64,000 nucleotides of DNA, taken from assembly GCA_000002435.2 (NCBI GenBank), contig CM018790.1; one strand, written 5' to 3'. The position numbers and the translations under genes are program-made. The notes beneath the pieces were generated by a model. That model was not told the DNA's origin, did not search any database, and worked only from the letters and a program-made list of their open reading frames with translations. Source of the stretch: Giardia intestinalis (taxonomy: Eukaryota). Shown here piece by piece: positions 20,720 to 29,951 of the stretch (position 1 is the stretch's first letter; each line of letters opens with the position of its first letter).

Positions 20720-20769
20720 CTTGATGGACACAAGTCTTTACCGATCGGCGATCCAGAATTGTCAAATCG

Positions 20770-22011
20770 CTAATGAATTTTTGACTGTACAAAGCATGGC
20801 TCGGGGAGTTCGTCGCCAATCTGGTACAGATGGAGGTCAACCTGCCCGTTGTTATGAACAGTGATCACCTTAGTAGTGTTGCTGGGGTCATTGGGCTGCG
20901 AATCCTGTGCAATCACAACATTTATTGAGCCAAATTGACAGCTCGGGGCAACAGTATACAGAGTATCTTGGTAAGGAATGTCGAAAGAACTACACCTGAC
21001 AGATGTGAGGGACGCTTCAGAGAAACTGACCGGTTGCCCATTCTCATGATAGGTCAACGTAACACTTCCTGACAGGCCCCGATTCGTCAGAGATAGAGTC
21101 ACAGGCGTGGCAGCCCCTTGAATAAGCGCTTTAATAGGCACACAGATAAGATATGGGCCTGCAGTTGTCGTGCCATTATAAGCAACTAGAAGGACCAGAG
21201 ACTGCAAGCTAACGATGGGAGCGGTATTGCTCCAGTAAATAGACGCTCTGCCAGTAGTATACACGACTGCATTAGACGAGGAGAGGTTTATTGCTAGGAG
21301 TTCAGTAGAGTTGGTTATTATGACGTCTCCACTGACGCTCTCCATGTACACAGGTCCCAGCAAAGACATGTTGATGCTTCTGGAATGGTTCCAGACTTGC
21401 AGGCTCGACACACTGGATTGTAGAGACAAGGAGACCTCCATGGGAACAGAAGCCAGTGTCATGTTAACAGCCGCCGCCTTACCCGACTCCACTGAGAAAA
21501 GAGTGGCTGGACTGTGAAAATAATGACCCTCCAGACTTATATTACTGGCGATATAATCACACTTAAAGCCCATTGAGGCGCTTGCTAACGTCACGTTTCG
21601 TTTGTATGACGTACCATCCACAAGAGAATCGTTCACGGCATATAAAAAGTTACGAGATGCGTTTGAAGAAGGTGGTTCGCAAGCGAACCCACAGAATGTG
21701 AACAAAGCAGTGACATGATTATCTATAAAAAGGCTCAAATCTGATACGACAAAATCAGCTGTAACCTCGCCACTCCTGAATGCGGTATCTGTGGTGGGTG
21801 GGGCTGCTACGTCATCTGCGAAGCTAGAGGCTAACAGTTGCTCGGGGATCTTCCGGCAAGTTACCATTACTGCAATGAGCCACCCCATCGTACAGACTAG
21901 GAAAAGAGGTAGCAGAAGGCCAAAGAAGCAGATGAGTTGCACCTTTCTGAAGTCTTTTTCCCGGGCTGTCAGATCCTCGACATTTATCCTGTTGTCTTGC
22001 AAGTCAGGCAT
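20770..22011 (-). CDS. hypothetical type II (signal-anchor) membrane / secreted protein with many N-glycosylation sequons (413 aa)
   Basis: N-terminal hydrophobic anchor (LICFFGLLLPLFLVCTMGWLIAVMV), then an S/T/N-rich ectodomain with many NxS/T sites. ATG start. Confidence 0.45.
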   Translation of the reverse strand: MPDLQDNRINVEDLTAREKDFRKVQLICFFGLLLPLFLVCTMGWLIAVMVTCRKIPEQLLASSFADDVAAPPTTDTAFRSGEVTADFVVSDLSLFIDNHVTALFTFCGFACEPPSSNASRNFLYAVNDSLVDGTSYKRNVTLASASMGFKCDYIASNISLEGHYFHSPATLFSVESGKAAAVNMTLASVPMEVSLSLQSSVSSLQVWNHSRSINMSLLGPVYMESVSGDVIITNSTELLAINLSSSNAVVYTTGRASIYWSNTAPIVSLQSLVLLVAYNGTTTAGPYLICVPIKALIQGAATPVTLSLTNRGLSGSVTLTYHENGQPVSFSEASLTSVRCSSFDIPYQDTLYTVAPSCQFGSINVVIAQDSQPNDPSNTTKVITVHNNGQVDLHLYQIGDELPEPCFVQSKIH

Positions 22012-22116
22012 GAGGTTTTTAAGATGGTTGTTGGTTGCCGGTCAGTGCACGCTGCTTTATGGAACCCAGCACATTTACTTTTAATGCACATAGTGAGCTC
22101 CGACGCGGAGATGCAC

Positions 22117-24141
22117 TCACTTGTTGGCTCGGCGCTTGTTGCTCAGAGAGAGACCTCCAACAATACCCCCTATGATCCCTGCCACCACCGCCACAGCAGC
22201 CACGGTAGCCCCTGCGATGATTGGTGCGTTGCGCTTCATAAATGTTTTATAGTCTTCACGCTGGCTAAGGGCAGTTTCCAGAGTTGCATAATCTACAAGA
22301 ACCCCCCTTTTGACCAGGGAGTCCCTTGTGTGTGCCTTCTCGTCATACTTCCTGCTCTCCTGGAGCAAGGAGATATAGAGCTCCAGGCGAAAGTCAAAGC
22401 TCTCACATATGTCATAGAAGCTAAAGTACTTTGTGAGCGAGTCTTTAGGATCTACGAATGTTATTGCTTTACTAAAGTCTATGAAGCGTCCCGAGGCGAT
22501 CTTTTCATAGTAACTTTTAGGCTCGGTAGACTTCGTTGGAAATGACGTGTCCTTCATGATGATATTGTAGAGCCCATCGTGTGTGCGCACAAAGGAGATC
22601 CCAGCCGAGAAGTGTCTGAAGAGACTCAGTATATCTGCATCATTAATGTCGAGGGAAGTGGAAGCGGTTATGGTGTTGGGAGCCGGGGAGAGTGTGGGCC
22701 CAGATGGCGAACCGCAACCATCTGTGTCACTAGATGCTCGTGCCGATAGTGACATAGATGGAGATGACGATCCTTGTTGCTGTTGCTGCTGTTGTGCTTG
22801 GCGAGACCACTTGAATATCCCTTTAGTTTGCTTCAGAAAGCTGTTAGATATCACCGCTAATAGGCTCGTCACACACGCAAAATTAATGGAATAATCGACG
22901 AGACGCGGGATGAACTGCTCGACCTTTGTGAATGCGTTCTTGATAGTCGTAGTTATGTAATCATCATCCTGTGTCATGGGCGCATCTGTGATGGGGCGGA
23001 ACGTGGCAATATTCAATATTGCGTTCTCGTCAATTGAGGGGTGATATGGCGATTCGCATACTGAGCCCTTGCTTAGGAGTAACATGTGATAGCCCGTATA
23101 AGTCGCTAGGGATGGCCTGGCCTGCTTTCCACACTCACCTCCAGTGGCATCTTCAACTACTTGTTCAGTGTTAGGCATAGCAGGTACGTAGTTGCTAAAG
23201 ATGTGGGGAAGATAGAGCCGTGCACCCAAACTGAAGCTTGTGGCAGAAAGGAAGAGAGCAAACTGAATCCCTCCTGCCACAAGCGCGTCTAGGAAGCGCG
23301 AGCGCCCGTAGGGCGTACCTGAAAGGGAGATGCACCCAGTCATTACAGCCGCGGTCTGGATTGCTTGGCATGTAATCCCGATGGACGGATGATTGCCAAT
23401 GATGGCATACAGCTCTGCATCAACCATGCGCATGACCGGCTCGAAGGCAAGACCAACAGTAGCAACCATGACTCTATTGTCTGGGTGCAAGAACGGAAAT
23501 AGCGTGGAGCGACTTATCTCCAAAGCCAGGTGAAGCAATTCGGGATAGGGAATTGTGAACATAGTCTGGAAGTTGAAGCGCTCAGCAAAGGCACTGCCAT
23601 ACGGCTGATAGTTATCGGAGGATTCTACATATAACCCCGTTTCATCTGCAACAAAAGCAGTAAGAAGGTCTACCATTTCAGCAGAGTCTGGGTAAAGATA
23701 TTCATCCTTGAGCGCAGCATAGTAGAGTGCTTCTAGAACATACGTGTACCCTTGAAAATAGCATTTGAAGGTCAAGTTTTGGAAAAGTGTGTCCACTATT
23801 ATCCGTTCCAATATGCTCTGGTGAAGGCGCACAAACGAGTGAGGGAACTCTCTGCCTATTTTTGTCTTGTACTCCTGCTTGTGCTTACTGGACGTCAGAT
23901 CGTTATAGACGTCCACGGTTCCTTTCTGAAAGAAGGTCCAAAGAGATCGTAGGCAATCTAAATGAATTTGCTCATAGTCCTGCTGATTTTCCTTTGTGTA
24001 GACCTCAAACTGTGCGTAGTTCTTACAGACGCCATTGCCCAAGACCAGAAAGTATTGCTCAAGTCTGGCTGCGCGGCTCACGGGTGGCGTTGTTGCGAGC
24101 GTACATCCCGGCGCAACATCACCAATGCGATTTAATGGCAT
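22117..24141 (-). CDS. hypothetical protein with a poly-Q tract and a C-terminal transmembrane anchor (674 aa)
   Basis: QAQQQQQQQG encoded by a (CAR)n run near 22771-22800. C-terminal IIAGATVAAVAVVAGIIGGIVGGLSLSNKRRANK, a tail-anchor-like helix. ATG start. Confidence 0.5.
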   Translation of the reverse strand: MPLNRIGDVAPGCTLATTPPVSRAARLEQYFLVLGNGVCKNYAQFEVYTKENQQDYEQIHLDCLRSLWTFFQKGTVDVYNDLTSSKHKQEYKTKIGREFPHSFVRLHQSILERIIVDTLFQNLTFKCYFQGYTYVLEALYYAALKDEYLYPDSAEMVDLLTAFVADETGLYVESSDNYQPYGSAFAERFNFQTMFTIPYPELLHLALEISRSTLFPFLHPDNRVMVATVGLAFEPVMRMVDAELYAIIGNHPSIGITCQAIQTAAVMTGCISLSGTPYGRSRFLDALVAGGIQFALFLSATSFSLGARLYLPHIFSNYVPAMPNTEQVVEDATGGECGKQARPSLATYTGYHMLLLSKGSVCESPYHPSIDENAILNIATFRPITDAPMTQDDDYITTTIKNAFTKVEQFIPRLVDYSINFACVTSLLAVISNSFLKQTKGIFKWSRQAQQQQQQQGSSSPSMSLSARASSDTDGCGSPSGPTLSPAPNTITASTSLDINDADILSLFRHFSAGISFVRTHDGLYNIIMKDTSFPTKSTEPKSYYEKIASGRFIDFSKAITFVDPKDSLTKYFSFYDICESFDFRLELYISLLQESRKYDEKAHTRDSLVKRGVLVDYATLETALSQREDYKTFMKRNAPIIAGATVAAVAVVAGIIGGIVGGLSLSNKRRANK

Positions 24142-24179
24142 TGGGCTTTATGGCCTAATTAATTATTTCAAAACAATTA

Positions 24180-24962
24180 ATGCCTCAGGGCGATTACATC
24201 CGTCTTTGGCAGAAGCGCTTCGGCCGACGGTTGGATTACGAAGAGCGCAAGCGCAAGCGCGAAGCCCGTGAGCCAAAGGTGCTTGCCAAGAAAGCGCAAA
24301 ATCTCATAGGAATTAAGGCAAAGCTCTTTGCAGAGAATCGTCGAAAGGAGAAGATCCAGATGAAGAAACTTATCAATCAGCATGCAGAGCGCAACGCCAA
24401 GCGGAAATCAGAAGAGCCCGTGCGGGAGGGGGCCGTCCCGGCGTATCTGCTTGACCGAACCCAGGAAAACCGGGCTAAGGTTCTCTCTAACTTGGTCAAG
24501 CAGAAAAAGAAGGCACGCGCTGGCAAGTGGGACGTCCCTATTCCGAAGGTGCAGCCTGTTACAGAAGAGGAAGTTTTCAAGGTGTTACGGTCTGGAAAGC
24601 GGCGCAGAAAGCAGTGGAAACGCGTCATCACGAAGGCTACGTTCGTGGGGCTTGGGTTCACGCGGAAAGCACCCAAGTACGAGCGCTTCATCCGACCTTC
24701 TGCGCTGCGCTACCGACACGCACACGTGGTGCATCCAGAGTTGAAGTCTACGCACATGCTCGAGATCATTGGGGTTAAGAAGAACCCCAGTTCGCATCTC
24801 TACACGGATCTTGGCGTGATGACGAAGGGAACTGTGATAGAGGTCAATGTAGCAGATCTCGGGCTTGTGACGCAGGGCGGCAAGGTCGTTTGGGGAAAGT
24901 ATGCGCAGATAACAAACCACCCGGAGCGTGATGGTTGCGTGAACGCCGTCCTCCTCGTTTGA
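24180..24962 (+). CDS. NSA2: ribosome biogenesis protein NSA2 (TINP1 homologue), 260 aa
   Basis: Collinear with NSA2: [31 protein letters not shown]...KKAQ...KAKLF...KEKIQMKK...[26 protein letters not shown]...[27 protein letters not shown]...[67 protein letters not shown]. Confidence 0.85.
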   Translation: MPQGDYIRLWQKRFGRRLDYEERKRKREAREPKVLAKKAQNLIGIKAKLFAENRRKEKIQMKKLINQHAERNAKRKSEEPVREGAVPAYLLDRTQENRAKVLSNLVKQKKKARAGKWDVPIPKVQPVTEEEVFKVLRSGKRRRKQWKRVITKATFVGLGFTRKAPKYERFIRPSALRYRHAHVVHPELKSTHMLEIIGVKKNPSSHLYTDLGVMTKGTVIEVNVADLGLVTQGGKVVWGKYAQITNHPERDGCVNAVLLV

Positions 24963-25036
24963 GCTGCTAACAAACGGAACCATCACGTGAATCACTGTGA
25001 ACTTGAATACCTGTGGCCTTTTCCTGGGTCGCCTGT

Positions 25037-25405
25037 TTACTTGGCAGCACTCTGGAGGTTCTTCAGCACCTCAGCGAGCTTGTCCTCCGTTTCCTTCTGC
25101 TTTTTCTCAGCGTACGCAGCCGTAGACTTCAATACCCCTACATCCTTTTCTCCCTTAGCAATCTCCTCTTGGATCCCTGAAGCAATGGCCTCACGACTTC
25201 GTGCAACATAGCATCGTCCAACGGCCCTGTAAAGTGGCGCGCTCGGAACCTCGTCCAGGGCATTCAAGGTTATTCGCTTCATCTGGATGAGGGTGTTCAA
25301 CCCTTGAATCTGTGCCTTTAATTGATCTCCTTGACGCATGAACGATAGGAGAGTCTGCTGAGTGCTAAGAGCCTCCTTCTGCAAAGCCTGTACCTCTGTC
25401 GCCAT
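25037..25405 (-). CDS. prefoldin beta-type subunit (about 122 aa from the first ATG)
   Basis: Two coiled-coil arms flanking a central beta-hairpin motif (LDEVPSAPLYRAVGRCYVARSREAI), the prefoldin-beta layout. The ORF-track start at 25459 is a GTG. The first ATG is at 25403-25405 after TTAAAAATCAG. Confidence 0.5.
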   Translation of the reverse strand: MATEVQALQKEALSTQQTLLSFMRQGDQLKAQIQGLNTLIQMKRITLNALDEVPSAPLYRAVGRCYVARSREAIASGIQEEIAKGEKDVGVLKSTAAYAEKKQKETEDKLAEVLKNLQSAAK

Positions 25406-25468
25406 CTGATTTTTAAGGACGCTATCACGATATAATTTTGCGGTGCTAACTAAAGACACTAGCTAGGT

Positions 25469-28084
25469 TTACTCCACCTGCTCAGGTTTCTGGTCAGCGG
25501 TTGCGCTTTTTGGGTCTGCGTCACCATACATCGTCTTGTAATGTTCCAGTGGAATTGTGCTTCCTGCTAACACCTCCTCGAGGATATAAACCGTCTCTTG
25601 TACATTCTCCAGCCACAAGCTCTTGTCGAGAATGTTGCCCTGTTCATCGAATCCGCTAAGGTTTCCATCAAGGCCGTGCAGCACAAAGCAGCCACGGACG
25701 TTCTTGTTGAGTGTGCGCTGTTCGTCGGCTGTTAAGGTCTCTGCCTCGTAAAGAGCAAGCCACTCTGCCTTGTTCTTCTCAACTCGCTCCTTCATGGAGC
25801 TATCGTTGGTCTTGTCAAACAGCAGCTTGTCGTAGTTTTCATCACAGTACTTATAGATGCTCTCCAGAGACCTCTCGACGCAGGAGTTGATAAGTTCTTG
25901 GTCGTAAGGTCGCCATATAGTGTTGAGGAGATTATCAACCAGAGACGCGTGGGTTGATTGATAGACAACCATCCCCGTGACGTTAATAATGTACAATCCG
26001 AATGATGAAGACTTGCCACCGTACTTGTGGGCTATCAAGTACCTTCCAGACGAGTCCCAGGAGCACCCGTCTACCACCTCTATCTCTGCAGAGGTCTTCT
26101 CTAAAGTACTAGTATTGATCACGATCAGAGCCTGCTCCTTTCTGTCATTGCGATTCAGCGCGACGAGGTAGTCGTTATAAGGAGAGAACATTACCTCTGA
26201 GGCCGTGATGCCCGGTATCTTCTTGATCTTTACGACCGCTGCCTTTCTGTTGGCATGATCGACAACTTCTCCAGAAACAATCTCTGGATAAACTGGCTTG
26301 CCAAGCTTGCAGGGGTAAAGTCCGTACTTTTCCTGGAGCGTGAAGATGTAGATGGCAGCCTGTCCGTCATTGAGGAGCATTTCGCGCTCATCAACGGCGT
26401 GCTTCATGAAGGAGTCCAGGGCCTTGAGAGAAAACTGCAAGGAATTAGCGTTGCTCTGCTTCTGCATCTTGATATACTTTCGGCTTTCTTCCTGGGCCTC
26501 TTTAGATGATCCAACAGGAATCGTAATGAAAGCAAGCATGGATCCGGTGGCAGCCCAGCACGCACTTTGAATGTAAAGGTTTTGGGGGAGCTCGAGCTGC
26601 TCCATTTTTACCACAAGGTCCCGGCGAAGAGGCTTCCTTTCCAGCCCCTTTGCGCCCGCAAGCTCTTGCAGTCTATCATAGGAGACACTCTCACTGTTTC
26701 CCTGGAGAATGATAACAAAGATAGTAGAGACTAAGTTTTGGTCGCTTTGGGACTCAGTGATAATTGCAAGACAACCACCATTTGCGCTCCAGAATAGCCG
26801 GCCATTGGTGATAAAGAAAGACCTCTGTGCAAGGACTCGCACACCAGAACGGCCGTGGCTGGGGACGTTCAAGTTGAGCACGTTGCAGACTGAAGGCTTT
26901 TGCTTGTCTGAAGACTTCTGATAGATAGCCACAATATCCTGACCGTGGCCGTTTGGGCTGAATAGGAGTGACGTGGTGTTCGGGTATGACAGGACTTCTT
27001 GGAGGCTTATTACATAGATTGCAGACTCGGTTAGCTGAACCTTATAGACAGATATCTGCTCATTGCTCATTAGCAAAATCAAGTTCCCAGTCGAGCTGAA
27101 CAAGACACGATCCTCGGGTCTTACTAAACTATCGTCGTTGTTCTTGTACGAATACAACTTCACATTGTTCAGTGTAGAGAGAATACGGCGCTCAATAATG
27201 GACCAGACAGATACGGTGATGTGCTTTGACTCCTCAAACTTCTGGTAGAGCCCAAATTCATCCTCAGCCTCGTCTACATCCTTGAGGAACTTGTCTAGAT
27301 CGTATTCGTCCAGCTCATCAACGTTAGCTGTGTAAGAAAACGTCAGCAGAAAACGCTCACACGGAGAGACCTTGAAGGACCTGATGAAGGTGTGAGTGTC
27401 CTGGCTGTCCGACTCGTGAGAAATGGTGATGGTCGTTCCGTTGTCATGAACCAAGACAATGCTTTCCTCATAATGGTATATGAAGTAGGTGCCCATTGGT
27501 GAGTAACTGACGTCGAGAAGCTTGTCAGCGCAAGGTTGTACGTTTATAATGGAAATATTCTCCCCGTTGAAAGCACACCGGCTCACATTGGTCTTTGTCA
27601 ACAGAAGAAATTCATGGTCTATGCGGCCAGAGAGAGGGAAGTAGAGGCGTCTGTGGCGCTCACTACAATCGATGGGCGTGTACGGTTGCGGAGTGTAGCT
27701 CTTGGGTAACTTGCGTAGCTCTTCCACGTAGCTATACTGGCGCACAGTGAGCGGATAATCATCTCCAAAGATACTGGTGTTGCCATTAAACTCTCTGACA
27801 CACTTCTCGGCGCCGCTGGGATTAACAAACCGGATAAGACAGAAACCGCTACAGGCGTCGTTTGCGTCCAGTGGAATCTGAATATGCTCAGTTTCTGCCA
27901 CGTCGCCAGACTTCTTGACAATGTGCTCGTAAACATATTTGAGGAGCCGCTTCCTTTTGCTAGCCTCTGGAGTCGGCAGTCCACTTATGATAACTATGCA
28001 GCTAAGGTCACTAACCATCTTTGGTTCCGGGGTCTTAAACGTGGCATTAAATGCCTCCAAGACCTCCTTGTTGCTCGTTAGCAT
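25469..28084 (-). CDS. eIF3 subunit b (PRT1)-like protein: N-terminal RRM followed by beta-propeller repeats, 871 aa
   Basis: N-terminal RRM-like block (CIVIISGLP...KYVYEHIVKKSG...SGFCLIRFVNPSGAEKCVREFNG). The remainder is repetitive beta-strand-rich sequence consistent with the eIF3b/eIF2A-type propeller. ATG after an AT-rich 66-bp divergent spacer. Confidence 0.45.
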   Translation of the reverse strand: MLTSNKEVLEAFNATFKTPEPKMVSDLSCIVIISGLPTPEASKRKRLLKYVYEHIVKKSGDVAETEHIQIPLDANDACSGFCLIRFVNPSGAEKCVREFNGNTSIFGDDYPLTVRQYSYVEELRKLPKSYTPQPYTPIDCSERHRRLYFPLSGRIDHEFLLLTKTNVSRCAFNGENISIINVQPCADKLLDVSYSPMGTYFIYHYEESIVLVHDNGTTITISHESDSQDTHTFIRSFKVSPCERFLLTFSYTANVDELDEYDLDKFLKDVDEAEDEFGLYQKFEESKHITVSVWSIIERRILSTLNNVKLYSYKNNDDSLVRPEDRVLFSSTGNLILLMSNEQISVYKVQLTESAIYVISLQEVLSYPNTTSLLFSPNGHGQDIVAIYQKSSDKQKPSVCNVLNLNVPSHGRSGVRVLAQRSFFITNGRLFWSANGGCLAIITESQSDQNLVSTIFVIILQGNSESVSYDRLQELAGAKGLERKPLRRDLVVKMEQLELPQNLYIQSACWAATGSMLAFITIPVGSSKEAQEESRKYIKMQKQSNANSLQFSLKALDSFMKHAVDEREMLLNDGQAAIYIFTLQEKYGLYPCKLGKPVYPEIVSGEVVDHANRKAAVVKIKKIPGITASEVMFSPYNDYLVALNRNDRKEQALIVINTSTLEKTSAEIEVVDGCSWDSSGRYLIAHKYGGKSSSFGLYIINVTGMVVYQSTHASLVDNLLNTIWRPYDQELINSCVERSLESIYKYCDENYDKLLFDKTNDSSMKERVEKNKAEWLALYEAETLTADEQRTLNKNVRGCFVLHGLDGNLSGFDEQGNILDKSLWLENVQETVYILEEVLAGSTIPLEHYKTMYGDADPKSATADQKPEQVE

Positions 28085-28202
28085 GCACCGTTTTCAATAA
28101 AATTCGGGAAGAATTAAAATAAATTGCATTAAAGTGTAAGAAAAATTCCAATGTGTATAAATCACACAGAACGTCTGGCGACAAATGACCAAGGGGGTAA
28201 AA

Positions 28203-28245
28203 GAGTCTTGAAGAAAAGGACCTTGAAGAAAGGGGTCTTGAAGCA
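28203..28245. repeat. 2.5 copies of a 15-nt tandem repeat, (T/C)CTTGAAGAAARGGR, in a divergent promoter region
   Basis: agagTCTTGAAGAAAAGGAcCTTGAAGAAAGGGGTCTTGAAGcatgc, between the eIF3b-like start (28084, minus) and the 28151 ATG (plus). Confidence 0.5.
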
Positions 28246-28568
28246 TGCTAGACCACTTTGCTTTCTCCTTATTACCTCCGACCCAGCGTACAATCACTTG
28301 CGACAGCTTTGCATAAGACTAGCGACCTTTAAGAAATATATCGGCAAGGTTATTTCGCTACCAGATTCGCCTGCAGTTACCGCTGCTGCTAATTCAGAAG
28401 ATTCAGAACGACATAGCGGGACAATACCTGATCCCCATGACCTATTGCAACGTGCACGGAAAGAACTGCGACAGGTAGCAGCAATAGTACAAGATGGTAG
28501 TCTTATAGCCGAAATTGCATCTGCATCCACGCAAGGGAATAGAGTATTTCTATACACACTAAAGGAGA

Positions 28569-29951
28569 TTGCGCAGAGCACCTTTTACTTTTTTCTGTGG
28601 TATATTTTGTAGCATATCAAAGTTGGAACAAGAGCAGCACCCGCATCTCATTCAAAGCAGCGCATGGAAATGGAAACTCTGTGCTTTGGAGCTTATCCTG
28701 GCCAGTAATACCTTAGTTGGCTGGACACTGGATCAAGCAATTTCAGTGACAGCATCGACCATGTTCTCTGGCACGCTACTGACAGCTCAGGAATGGATAC
28801 TTTCAAGAGTAATACACTATGCATTGACCAGTCCTAATGCAGGGGCAAGTCTAGGCACTGACATAGATGCAGATGCAGGTACAAATACAGATGTGCACAT
28901 TCGTGATCATTCAATTAATATTCTACACCCTGTGATGGAGCTTATCACCTCCAATCAACCGTTACTGGGATTAGATCCCATACGGACAATCCATATAATG
29001 TGCGCCTATATGTCAGTTATGTTCGATAACAAATTTCAGTTCTCTGCTACATATTCAAAGGAGTTTGGAACAGTCTTACTGCGATGCACTCGACACTTCG
29101 CTTCCGGTGCATTATCAGCAAGATACTTGTCAGAGTTATCTAAGCTGATTTTTCTGCACATGCAGAACTCTAATGCCATCACTGCACTAGTAACTTCGTC
29201 TCAGTGTTTGCTGGACATGATATCTAAATGGTTAAGGCAGATCTTATTGTCGGGGCACAATACAAACAACATCTGTATCCTTATTTCCTTGATTTTTAGC
29301 ACCCCGATACAGATTGCCGGCTGCAACACGATAGAGAGGTACCGAAATGGCTTATTAAACGATGTGCTGGAGTATCTGGATGATGACGTTCTTCAAATAA
29401 TAAGGGTAGCAATAAAATTAGACGGTTGCCAAGCATGCGCACACATCAATGGATTACTGGAGATGCTCATCACTATTGATGTGGTGCAAATCGTTAACAG
29501 GGTATCCCTAGAAACAATTTCAAATGCCATTTCCTTATTGTGTGAAGTAGTACGGGTTGGTGTGGTGGCTCAGCGCACTGAGTCCCAGTTTCAACGTGGC
29601 TCTTGGATGGATCTGCTTGCCATCACAAATGCAAGCGTATTATTGTCCATGATGCTCATCTGCTTGGTGGATAGCGAGAGAAGAGATCATGGCCTGACGA
29701 TACTCCTCGAACTAATGAAGGTAACAGGCAGCAGTGTGCAAGAGTTAGAAGAGTTTCTGATACTTCAAATTATGCGGTTTAAGGCCTGTCATCAGGCCGT
29801 TAATGCGCTAGATGAGGATAGGATGCTGATGCTAAGTGTGTTACAAAACCGTATTTCTATGGTTCTTTCTAGCTGTGCCTCGCCATCTAGACCGGTTAAG
29901 GCGCGGGAAGCAGGTTCATCCAAAAGCTTTTATATTGAGCGGCCGAGCTGA
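28569..29951 (+). CDS. hypothetical protein. The real N-terminus is uncertain: possibly the ATG at 28151 with a frame change before 28612, or the first in-frame ATG at 28761
   Basis: Long clean ORF in frame 0. The track start at 28569 is a TTG. An ATG-initiated ORF, 28151..28612 in another frame, runs into it from an AT-rich initiator 66 bp from the divergent eIF3b-like start. Confidence 0.4.
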   Translation: MRRAPFTFFCGIFCSISKLEQEQHPHLIQSSAWKWKLCALELILASNTLVGWTLDQAISVTASTMFSGTLLTAQEWILSRVIHYALTSPNAGASLGTDIDADAGTNTDVHIRDHSINILHPVMELITSNQPLLGLDPIRTIHIMCAYMSVMFDNKFQFSATYSKEFGTVLLRCTRHFASGALSARYLSELSKLIFLHMQNSNAITALVTSSQCLLDMISKWLRQILLSGHNTNNICILISLIFSTPIQIAGCNTIERYRNGLLNDVLEYLDDDVLQIIRVAIKLDGCQACAHINGLLEMLITIDVVQIVNRVSLETISNAISLLCEVVRVGVVAQRTESQFQRGSWMDLLAITNASVLLSMMLICLVDSERRDHGLTILLELMKVTGSSVQELEEFLILQIMRFKACHQAVNALDEDRMLMLSVLQNRISMVLSSCASPSRPVKAREAGSSKSFYIERPS

